Assembly: GCA_965213925.1 (NCBI GenBank)
Contig: OZ243927.1
Location: forward strand, 1,248,001 to 1,312,000
Direction: 5' to 3'
Source of the DNA: Trueperaceae bacterium
GTDB taxonomy: Bacteria; Deinococcota; Deinococci; Deinococcales; Trueperaceae
DNA: 64,000 nt
Part shown: positions 37,967 to 46,291 of the stretch, piece by piece
Position numbering within the stretch: position 1 is the first letter of the stretch
How the letters are laid out: every line of letters begins with the position of its first letter
The notes under the pieces: generated by a model
What the model saw: only the letters and a program-made list of their open reading frames with translations
Told to the model about the DNA's origin: nothing
The model's database searches: none
Program-made: the position numbers and the translations under genes

Positions 37967-38914
37967 CTAGTAAGATTCAATGCCGCCTCGCCTAAAAATC
38001 CGCAGTTGCACCAGCGTGATCAGAAAAATGATGACAAAGAGTATAAACGCTGCCGCTGCCGCGCGGCCCATGCGCAAATCCGTAAAGGCCATCTGGTACA
38101 TGTAGAGCGCGGTGACGTTCGTGCTCTGCACCGGACCGCCTCCGGTCAACACCAGGATGAGCGCGAACGAGGCTCCCATCGCGGAGATGAAGCTCGTGAT
38201 GCTGACGAAGAGCAGCGTCGGGCGAATCAGCGGAACGGTGACATGCCAAAACATCTGCAAGGTGTTTGCGCCGTCTACCTTGGCTGCGTTATAAAACGCA
38301 TCGTCAATTCCCTCCAAACCCGCCGAGAAGAGAATCATGTTTTGTCCCATGTAGTACCAGACCGCCACGATGATGACCGCCCACATCGCCACAGACGGGT
38401 CGCTCAGCCAGTTCGGTCCGTTGATACCGACCCAAGCGAGCACGCGGTTGATGAGCCCACCGTTGCCGTCCAAGATGAACTGCCACAAAAAGCCGATGGC
38501 GGCGACGTTGGTAATCATCGGCAGGAAAAAGAGCGAGCGCCACAACGCTCGGTAGCGGCTCTGTGTAAAAACGAAGGCGATGACGAGAGCCAACGGTACG
38601 CCGACGAGCACCGTGCCGAACGCGAAGACGAGCGTGTGCCGGAGCGACAAGAGGAACGTCGCGTCGCTAAAGAGGTAGACGAAGTTGTCTAAACCGATCC
38701 AGTTCGGCGCGGAGAGTGGGTTCCAGCGCGTGAAGGTGAGGTAGAGCGAAAAACCGATAGGGAGTAAGAAAAAGACGACGAAGAAGATAAAGGTGGGCGC
38801 GAGAAAGACGTAGGGAGCCCAGTCTTTTTGTTGGATGCGGCGTTTATTAGGAGGTTTAGACGCTACAGTGACATTCGCGTCTTTTGCCGCGTCGGATGTG
38901 GGTTTGGTTGTCAT
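37967..38914 (-). CDS. Carbohydrate ABC transporter permease (MalF-like)
   Basis: WIGLDNF, FFLPMI, YNAAKVDGA, LTGGGP. Confidence 0.93.
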   Translation of the reverse strand: MTTKPTSDAAKDANVTVASKPPNKRRIQQKDWAPYVFLAPTFIFFVVFFLLPIGFSLYLTFTRWNPLSAPNWIGLDNFVYLFSDATFLLSLRHTLVFAFGTVLVGVPLALVIAFVFTQSRYRALWRSLFFLPMITNVAAIGFLWQFILDGNGGLINRVLAWVGINGPNWLSDPSVAMWAVIIVAVWYYMGQNMILFSAGLEGIDDAFYNAAKVDGANTLQMFWHVTVPLIRPTLLFVSITSFISAMGASFALILVLTGGGPVQSTNVTALYMYQMAFTDLRMGRAAAAAFILFVIIFLITLVQLRIFRRGGIESY

Positions 38915-39052
38915 AGAAGTGGATACGTGTGCATAGAAGTGACCTCGCTCGAGCTTCCTATTCCAAAGAGGTGAGTTCACATAGCGAAAGAGGATGCAAG
39001 TGAGAGTCTCGAGCCCTAAGCTCGAGACCTCTTCGTAGTACATTTCAGTGCG

Positions 39053-40288
39053 TCAGTAATACTCCGCCAGAATATTGCTGATTTCGCTGTCCGCCCTCGA
39101 GAGTGCCTCTTCAGGCGCTAACTCGCCGCGCCACGCCCGCTCGATATAGGTCTGCAAAATCCGCTCGATCTCGCTCGCTTGCACCACGTTGGGCTCGGTG
39201 ATGGAACGGTCCAGCGCCTCGACAAAGGGCGCGGTGAAGAAGTCGCCGAGTTCGCCTTGGGCGTTCTGAATGTCCGTTTGGTTGGCGGTTAATGCGCCCA
39301 AGTCTACGAGCATCTGCCCCATGCAGGAGGGTTCGCCCTCAGCTTGCGAGGAGTTGAGCCACTCCAAAAACGCCCACGCCTCGTCCTGCACGTCGCTGTT
39401 GTTGTCCACCGCGTAGAAGAAGGCGTACTGGAGGCTCTGCCAGTTTTCGCCCTGCGGAATCGGTGCGACGCCGACGGTCTCCTCGAACTGGTCGCCGAAG
39501 GCGGCTTGGAGTTGCGACTCCAACCACACGGGTTGAATCTCCATTGCGACAAGTCCACTGTTAAAGTCGTCCACCGTCAGGTTCGGCGTGGCGGCGTTCG
39601 CTTCGAAGAGGCTGACCTGTTGCTGTAATGCCTCCAACGCTTCAGGCGTATTCAGATTCGTCGCGGAGAAGTCCTCGGTGAAGAGGTCTACGCCCTTCGA
39701 GTAGAGGAGCGTCAGATAGGGGTGGACGACCTCAGCTGTCGTGTTTCCCGCCGCAAAACCGGACTGGGTGATTTGCCCCTGGTCGTTCGTCTTCGTGGCA
39801 GCCTTCGCGACCTCTTGCACCTCCGCCCAAGTGGTCGGCGGCGCGTCGTAGCCCGCTTCTTGCAGGAGCTTCTTGTTGTAAATCAGCATGTAGTTGCTGA
39901 CCTCAGTCGGGACACCCCAAAGTTGGTCCTGGATGGTGGCAGCGTCCACCGTGTTATCCACATAGTTGTTCTGCACGAAGTTGATGATAGTTTCGGGCGG
40001 CTCCGCCAAGATGCTGTTCTCGACGAGCTGCGCGCCCCAGATGGAGTAGACGTGGTAGATGTCGGGCGATTGCCCACCCAAGCGAGAGGTCAAGATCGTC
40101 TGCAAATAGTCGCCGTAAGTAATCTGTTGGTGCTCAATCTCGACGCCGTTTTGCTCCTCGTAGGTGGTGAAACAAGGTTCTAAGACCGCGATACTTTCAG
40201 GCGGATAGTGGGTTGCGACGGTAATCGTCTGCGCGTGGACGCTCCCTAAAAGGAATAGGACGCCTAACCAAAGGACAAAGTGTCTCAT
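39053..40288 (-). CDS. Sugar-type ABC transporter substrate-binding protein
   Basis: Signal peptide (VHA|Q), PDI, LIYNKKLL..AG..PPTTWAE, AWAFLEWL. Confidence 0.9.
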   Translation of the reverse strand: MRHFVLWLGVLFLLGSVHAQTITVATHYPPESIAVLEPCFTTYEEQNGVEIEHQQITYGDYLQTILTSRLGGQSPDIYHVYSIWGAQLVENSILAEPPETIINFVQNNYVDNTVDAATIQDQLWGVPTEVSNYMLIYNKKLLQEAGYDAPPTTWAEVQEVAKAATKTNDQGQITQSGFAAGNTTAEVVHPYLTLLYSKGVDLFTEDFSATNLNTPEALEALQQQVSLFEANAATPNLTVDDFNSGLVAMEIQPVWLESQLQAAFGDQFEETVGVAPIPQGENWQSLQYAFFYAVDNNSDVQDEAWAFLEWLNSSQAEGEPSCMGQMLVDLGALTANQTDIQNAQGELGDFFTAPFVEALDRSITEPNVVQASEIERILQTYIERAWRGELAPEEALSRADSEISNILAEYY

Positions 40289-40469
40289 AAGTCTCCTCGT
40301 AGTGTGGAATATTTCACTTAGAGCATAGCGCACGTACTGAACAGATTTTGGGTGCTGATTGACGTTTGCAGACTCGGGTTACTTCGGAGCTTGCAAGGAG
40401 ATTCTGACAGAACGTGTATCATCTGAACGTTAGGTCGGAGCAAGTCAATCGTTCGAATTTAGGAGGCAA

Positions 40470-41096
40470 ATGATGCTTGTACTCGTCGCAGGGGCTCACG
40501 GACAGGTAGGGCAACACATCATGGCGTTACTTAGTAAAAGTGAGCATGAGGTTCGCGCGATGGTGCGCAAGGAGACGCAGGTAGCTGAATTGGAACCTTT
40601 CAGCACCGAGGTCGTCGTCGCTGACTTGACGGAGGACGTGGCGCACGCCGCAAAAGGTTGTGACGTTATCATCTTTGCGGCGGGTTCCTCGGGCAATGAT
40701 GTTAAAGGCGTAGACCGTGACGGCGCGATTAAGCTCATAGAGGTTGCTGAACGTCAAGGTGTGAAGCGTTTCGTGATGCTCAGCTCAATGGGCGCGGGCG
40801 AGCCGGAGCGCGGACCCGAGGCGCTTCGCCCTTACCTCAAAGCCAAAGGGGAAGCGGACAAACGGCTGCAAAAGAGCGACTTAGATTACACTATCATCCG
40901 TCCGGGGCGGCTCACCGATGACGCAGCAACGGGGAAGATAAAAGCCGCAGAGCAGTTTGACGGGTGGGGCTCCATCACCAGGGAAGATGTGGCTAAGACG
41001 CTCGTGGCGGCGCTCGAGTATCCCAACACGCACGGTCAAACCTTTGAGATTTTAGAGGGCGACACGCCTATCGAAGAGGTGTTGAGGGCGCGGTGA
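40470..41096 (+). CDS. NAD(P)-binding atypical SDR
   Basis: VAGAHGQVG, FAAGS, YTIIRPGRLTD, ITREDVA. Confidence 0.88.
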   Translation: MMLVLVAGAHGQVGQHIMALLSKSEHEVRAMVRKETQVAELEPFSTEVVVADLTEDVAHAAKGCDVIIFAAGSSGNDVKGVDRDGAIKLIEVAERQGVKRFVMLSSMGAGEPERGPEALRPYLKAKGEADKRLQKSDLDYTIIRPGRLTDDAATGKIKAAEQFDGWGSITREDVAKTLVAALEYPNTHGQTFEILEGDTPIEEVLRAR

Positions 41097-41116
41097 CTTG
41101 TAATAGGTGACTTGCG

Positions 41117-41641
41117 GTGAGGTGCTTTATCGCCCTGCCCCTACCCGAAGAGGTCAAGGCGGAGTTGCGGCGCGTTCAGAGTGTTTTAGCACCGCAACTC
41201 CCTGAGAGGGCAGTGCGCTGGACGAAGCCGGAGCAGTTCCATCTCACGTTGGACTTTTTGGGCGAGCTGTCAGAGAACGAGGTCGAGGGGGTTAAAGGGC
41301 GGCTCGAGTCCCTTCATTTCTCCGCGTTCACGCTCAAGCTGGGCGTAGTAGAGAGCTTCGGGCGTCCAGTGAGGGTGCTCTTCGTTGACATTGCCGGAGA
41401 GACCAAAACCTTACGCGAACTGCAACAAGAGGTCGCGCTCAGTGGGAGTACGCAGCGGTTTCACCCTCATTTAACGCTGGCGAGGCTGCGCACCTCTCTC
41501 CCTCATCTGCAAGAGGTCGCGCGAGAAACCCAAGTCGAGCCACTTGCTTGGCAGGTCGAAGAGGTTCGGTTGGTGCAGAGTACGCTCACCCCTCAAGGCG
41601 CACGCTATACGGTGCTGCTCGAGGTCGGGCTCAGTCCTTAA
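41117..41641 (+). CDS. thpR: RNA 2',3'-cyclic phosphodiesterase
   Basis: MRCFIAL and two HxT motifs (HLTL, PHLTLAR). Confidence 0.88.
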   Translation: MRCFIALPLPEEVKAELRRVQSVLAPQLPERAVRWTKPEQFHLTLDFLGELSENEVEGVKGRLESLHFSAFTLKLGVVESFGRPVRVLFVDIAGETKTLRELQQEVALSGSTQRFHPHLTLARLRTSLPHLQEVARETQVEPLAWQVEEVRLVQSTLTPQGARYTVLLEVGLSP

Positions 41642-41804
41642 CTCGTTTACGCGCTGTGTGATGGTCGTTCTCGAGGAGCGTGTAGCGCCCGAAAGGGGCG
41701 GAGTCGGCGTCCTCACTTAGGGTGATCTTTGCTTAGCGACCCCTCTAGCGAACGCGCCGAGTTGGAACGCCTTTTAGAGTGACTTTTGTGAGGCTCGAGC
41801 CATG

Positions 41805-41836
41805 AGAAAGAGCGACTTATAAGGTCGCTCTTTTTT
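41805..41836. terminator. Bidirectional terminator between thpR and the small peptide gene
   Basis: AAAGAGCGAC-TTATAAG-GTCGCTCTTTTTT. Confidence 0.75.
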
Positions 41837-41860
41837 ACGCCGTAAAACATAGCGTATGAA

Positions 41861-41989
41861 TTAACCACCCCAAGCGCTGCTTCTTCCGTCGGTCGAGGGT
41901 GACGAGCTTTGGTATTTGCCTGCGACGCTGGTGCCGAATCCGAGGCTCAAGAGGCTGACGGTGAGGGCGACGAGCATTTTCTTTTTCAT
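41861..41989 (-). CDS. 42-aa secreted peptide precursor (below the ORF-track length cutoff)
   Basis: AAGGAG RBS; MKKKMLVALTVSLLSLGFGTSVA-GKYQSSSPSTDGRSSAWGG*; terminator downstream. Confidence 0.85.
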   Translation of the reverse strand: MKKKMLVALTVSLLSLGFGTSVAGKYQSSSPSTDGRSSAWGG

Positions 41990-42046
41990 GATTCTCTCCT
42001 TTTCGCGCCGGGGTTTCTTCCCTGGTTTGCTCTTATCTTAAAGAGC

Positions 42047-42145
42047 AAAGGTTGCTAAAGGGTTGCCAAAAAGGAGGCAAAAGGTTGCTTTTTTCGCACC
42101 GTCAAAAATAAAAAAATTCACAAGTTCAGCGCATGGCAACCTTTT
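42047..42145. promoter_or_regulatory. Phased GGTTGC repeats, putative regulator-binding sites
   Basis: GGTTGC at 42050, 42061 and 42083; inverted GCAACC at 42136. Confidence 0.55.
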
Positions 42146-42262
42146 TGAACCGCACGGCCGGCGTGTGAGTTTTTTGTAAGAGGGCGTGCTCTAGGCTGAT
42201 GGGGCAGAAGTATCGGGTAGGGGGATAGCTTGAAACCAAGCCTCTGCCTCTAGGAGCGCTCT

Positions 42263-43939
42263 ATGTTCAACCGTCTTATCCTGTCAACCCCTTATACAAG
42301 GCGCGTGCTCTTGACGACTACGCTTGCGCTCTCGCTCGGCGGGTGCGGTCTCTCTCCGAGTGAGGACGCCCGTCCGCTCGGCGCTGACGTCCCCGATCCT
42401 CAGTACGCGCTCACCGTCGACCTCAGCGCCAACGATACGCTCACCGGTGTCGAAGCGGCGTATGGCGGCAAGGTGCTCGTCTGGGAGCCGGAAGCATTTG
42501 CGGTCGTAGGGGTGAACGAAAAAGTAGAGGGGCTACTCGAGACCAACGACGATGTCTTCTTGTTCGGTGGTGGGCGTGCGCGAATGGAGGGGCGTTCTTC
42601 CGCTTGGGCTGGTGGACGCTCATCCGCTTGGGCGGGCGGACGTTCTTCCGCTTGGGCTGGTGGACGCTCATCTGCTTGGGCTGGCGGGACCTACGCCTGG
42701 ATGCCTAAAAACACCTCCCTCTGGCAACAGGTTCGTCTGCAAGAAGGGCACGCGCTTGCTAGCAATTTGGGATACGGCGTCAAGGTTGCTGTTATTGATA
42801 CGGGCGTCGACCTCGAGCACCCGGCTTTAAGAGAGGCGTTAGCCCCAGAGAAAGAGTGGTGGGACTTCTATGACGGCGACGCCACGCCTCAAGAGGAGGG
42901 CGTTCTGGGCGAGGGAGGCTACGGACATGGTACCAACGTCGCGGGCATTGTCCGCCAAGTCGCGCCGCGCGCCACAATTCTTCCCATTCGCGTGCTCGGA
43001 CCTGGCGGCAGCGGCAACCTGACCGACGTCGCCTCGGCGATTCACTGGGCGGTGAAGATGAAGGCGGACGTCATCAACTTGAGTTTAGGGAGCGACGAAG
43101 AGGTCAAGGCGATCGAAGAGGTCATCGACACGGCGGTGAAAAAAGGCGTGCTCGTCGTCGCCTCGACGGGCAACACGGGCGACACGGCTGTGTCCTATCC
43201 GGCGCGCTCGGCGACGCGGGCAGAAACGGCTCCGGGGCGGCTCAGCGTGACGAGCGTCGATAACGCAGACGTCAAGTCCGACTTCGCGACGTACCGCGCT
43301 GAGGTCGAACTCTCCGCGCCCGGTGAGAACGTCTACAGTCCGGCTCCAGGGGAACGCTTGGCGGCTTGGAGCGGCACCTCGATGGCTGCGCCGATGGCGT
43401 CTGGCGCGCTCGCGCTCGCGCTCGGCGAGAAACTCAGCGTTAAGCGCAAAGAACTCGCCGAGGCGCTCAAAGCGCAAAGCTTTGACCTCTACGCCGAGGA
43501 AGATAACGCAGACTACGTCGGTCAGTTGGGCGAGGGGCGTTTAGACCTAGCTATCTTTTTAGAAGAGGTTGTCAAGCAGAAGAAGGGTAAAGGCAAAAAA
43601 GACAAAGACGAAGCAGGTCTCTCCTGCGAAGGAGGCGTAACGCGCCTGACGCTGCGCTATACGGGCTCGGATGATGAAGACATCCGCGTGGTCCAAAAGG
43701 ACGGCAAGGCGGTTCTCTTCGAGGGAGAAGTAGACCCTAATGAGACCTTCTCTTTTACGGGTGTTAAGGACGACGGCACGATGGGCAAAGAGATCACCCT
43801 TTACGAAGACGGTAAAAAGCGCGGCAAGTTGCGTACCGATTGCAAAAAACCCATCGGTCCTGGGTTGGTTGAGAAGAACTTCGAAGTGGTCTCTGGCGAG
43901 AGCTTAGGTGAACCGCTCGCCCCAGTGAGCAAAGAGTAA
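42263..43939 (+). CDS. S8 serine peptidase lipoprotein with four GRSSAWAG repeats and a C-terminal Cys-pair domain
   Basis: Lipobox LGGC; VIDTG / HGTNVAG / SGTSMA; repeats at 42590-42688. Confidence 0.92.
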   Translation: MFNRLILSTPYTRRVLLTTTLALSLGGCGLSPSEDARPLGADVPDPQYALTVDLSANDTLTGVEAAYGGKVLVWEPEAFAVVGVNEKVEGLLETNDDVFLFGGGRARMEGRSSAWAGGRSSAWAGGRSSAWAGGRSSAWAGGTYAWMPKNTSLWQQVRLQEGHALASNLGYGVKVAVIDTGVDLEHPALREALAPEKEWWDFYDGDATPQEEGVLGEGGYGHGTNVAGIVRQVAPRATILPIRVLGPGGSGNLTDVASAIHWAVKMKADVINLSLGSDEEVKAIEEVIDTAVKKGVLVVASTGNTGDTAVSYPARSATRAETAPGRLSVTSVDNADVKSDFATYRAEVELSAPGENVYSPAPGERLAAWSGTSMAAPMASGALALALGEKLSVKRKELAEALKAQSFDLYAEEDNADYVGQLGEGRLDLAIFLEEVVKQKKGKGKKDKDEAGLSCEGGVTRLTLRYTGSDDEDIRVVQKDGKAVLFEGEVDPNETFSFTGVKDDGTMGKEITLYEDGKKRGKLRTDCKKPIGPGLVEKNFEVVSGESLGEPLAPVSKE

Positions 43940-43967
43940 AAAACACCTTTTAGAAGGAGGAGAGTCT

Positions 43968-46010
43968 ATGTCCGCGCTAAGTCACAACTTTGCTGCTAGC
44001 TCTGTAACTGCGCCTGGAGCCGAAGTCGAAGAGTCGCTCGCTGACGCGGCGGCGGTGCTTGAACAGGACCCGGCGCGGACATTGGAGCTTGCTCACGGCG
44101 TACTCGGTGTATCGGCGAACCTTGCAGTGGCGGCGGAAGCCTCCTTGCTCATCGGCAAAGCGTACTATCAAAAGGGGCATTCAGCCGAAGCGCTGCGCCC
44201 ACTCCTTGAAGCCCACGCGCTGCTGACGGCTGAGGACGCGCAAGCCGCACAAAGCTCCCCGAGTGCGCTCGAGTGCGCTCTCATGCTAGGGCGTGCCCAC
44301 CGTGACCTTGCTCAGTTTGGCGACGCTGCGCGCTGGCTGGACGAAGCCTTAATATTGTCCCGAAGCATGAATAGCCCTTTGGAAGCCGAAGCTCTCAACC
44401 TCCTAGCGGGTGTAGTGGCTGAGAAAGGGGAGTACGGACGCGCGCTCGAGTATCTTAAAGACGCGCTCCCCATCGCCCAACGCCACGGCTTACGGGAGCG
44501 CCAAGCCAATATTTTCGACTACATCGGTCATATAGAATCCTTTCTCGGCAACTATCCGGGCGCTTTAGTGTCCTTGAAGCGAGCGTATGACCTGCTCCAA
44601 AGCGTCGCGCCAGGCTCGCGAAGTGCGATTGCCAACCTCATCAACTTAGGCAACCTCTACCAAGTCATGGGGCAAGACGAGCAGGCGCTCGCCTTTCTGC
44701 AGCGTGCGCGAAAGATTAGCCGCGCGGCGGAGGATACCGTTATGGAGGCGGCGGCGCTCAACAACTTAGCCAACCTCCATTACGACAGAAAGCAGTGGCG
44801 CGTAGCGCAAACTCGCTTCGAGGAGGCGCTCGAGCTTTCTCGTTACGTCAACAACCGGGCTTACGAAATCGACAACTTAGACGGTCTAGGACAGGTGCAA
44901 GTTGCACTAGGACACTTTGAGGACGCGCTCAAAACGCATAGGGCGGCGCTCTCTATCGCCAAGGATGTTGGCGATAGAGGAGGCGAGACGGACGCCCTAC
45001 TCAACTTGGGGCGGGACTACCTCGAGCTGAATCGTCCCGAACATGCGGCGCGCGCTTTAGCTGAAGGGCTCTCGCTCGCTGAGAACTTAGAACGTCTTAA
45101 ATCCGTCTACGAAGCGCACGAACTCCTCGCTAGGGCGTGTGAGGCGAACGGCGACCTGGCGAACGCGCTCTCCCACCAGCGCGAGTTTCACCGTTTGGAA
45201 AGAGCGCTTTTTAGCCGCGAGAGCGAGGAGAAGACGCGCCAGCTCACCGTGCAGTTCGAAGTCGAACGCGCCCGCCACGAAGCCGAAACGTACCGCTTGC
45301 GCACTCAGGTCGCGCAGGAGGCGCGGCGCGAAGCCGAAGCGGCCGTCGCGGAGCGCACCCTGGAACTCGAAGAGGCGCAGCTAGAGGTCGTCACGCGCCT
45401 CGCTCTGGCAGCGGAATACCGCGACGACGTCACCGGCGAGCACACGCGGCGCGTCGGCAGAAACGCCGCCGCCATCGCCTACGCTTTAGGCTGGTCCGAA
45501 GACGAGGTCAAGCTGATGTACACCGCCGCGCGGCTCCACGACGTCGGCAAGATCGGCATCAGCGACGCGGTTTTGCTCAAGCCCGATAAGCTCACCGAGG
45601 ACGAATTCGACCTCATCTGTCACCACACGGTGATCGGCGCGCGCATTTTGTCGGACGGGCGTTCGCAGCTTTTGCAGATGGCTGAAGAGATCGCCCTCGC
45701 CCATCACGAGCGCTGGAACGGGCAGGGCTACCCGTACGGGCTCGTCGGCGAGGCGATCCCCGTAACGGCCAGGATCGTCGCCGTCGCCGACGTGCTCGAC
45801 GCCCTCACGCATGAAAGGCCCTATAAAAAGGCGTGGTCCGTCGCGGAAACGCTCGCAGAGATCGAGCGGGGGAGCGGACGTCACTTCGACCCGCAGGTTG
45901 TGGCGGCGTGCTTGCGCGTCTTTGGCGAGGGTAAGCTTTCGCCCCTCGAGCCCCAAAGCCTAGCGGATACCTTGCGAAATTTATGCGAGGTGTTGGACAG
46001 GCGTTCCTGA
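43968..46010 (+). CDS. TPR-repeat HD-GYP phosphodiesterase
   Basis: TPRs (ALNNLANLH, LINLGNLY), EYRDDVTGEH, LHDVGKIG, HHERWNGQGYP, VADVLDAL. Confidence 0.93.
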   Translation: MSALSHNFAASSVTAPGAEVEESLADAAAVLEQDPARTLELAHGVLGVSANLAVAAEASLLIGKAYYQKGHSAEALRPLLEAHALLTAEDAQAAQSSPSALECALMLGRAHRDLAQFGDAARWLDEALILSRSMNSPLEAEALNLLAGVVAEKGEYGRALEYLKDALPIAQRHGLRERQANIFDYIGHIESFLGNYPGALVSLKRAYDLLQSVAPGSRSAIANLINLGNLYQVMGQDEQALAFLQRARKISRAAEDTVMEAAALNNLANLHYDRKQWRVAQTRFEEALELSRYVNNRAYEIDNLDGLGQVQVALGHFEDALKTHRAALSIAKDVGDRGGETDALLNLGRDYLELNRPEHAARALAEGLSLAENLERLKSVYEAHELLARACEANGDLANALSHQREFHRLERALFSRESEEKTRQLTVQFEVERARHEAETYRLRTQVAQEARREAEAAVAERTLELEEAQLEVVTRLALAAEYRDDVTGEHTRRVGRNAAAIAYALGWSEDEVKLMYTAARLHDVGKIGISDAVLLKPDKLTEDEFDLICHHTVIGARILSDGRSQLLQMAEEIALAHHERWNGQGYPYGLVGEAIPVTARIVAVADVLDALTHERPYKKAWSVAETLAEIERGSGRHFDPQVVAACLRVFGEGKLSPLEPQSLADTLRNLCEVLDRRS

Positions 46011-46291
46011 GTGCGCCATAGGATTAGCGCCTGCACGACAGTCAACCTCGCTCCTTTCGCATTCCTACCGCTCTCGTGAATCACAAGCAGGGCTTAGAAT
46101 TTATTACGCCCAGTGTTCACACGGCTCTACCGATTTAGACGCGGACTCGAGCCTCCACCTCACCGCATTGACCCTCGTCGAACCGTAGCCTTCCTAGCAG
46201 GGAAGAGGTGCGGCGCGCGTGCTAAGCTGCTAGACAAACGCAGCGGGCACGCCCGTATTTTTCTTACGCATCATCCGACGAGAGGACGCAT

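Noticed and set aside
42590..42688. 24-bp periodic repeats as a CRISPR array or VNTR
   Set aside because: In-frame coding repeats with synonymous variation and no spacers; no cas genes in the window.
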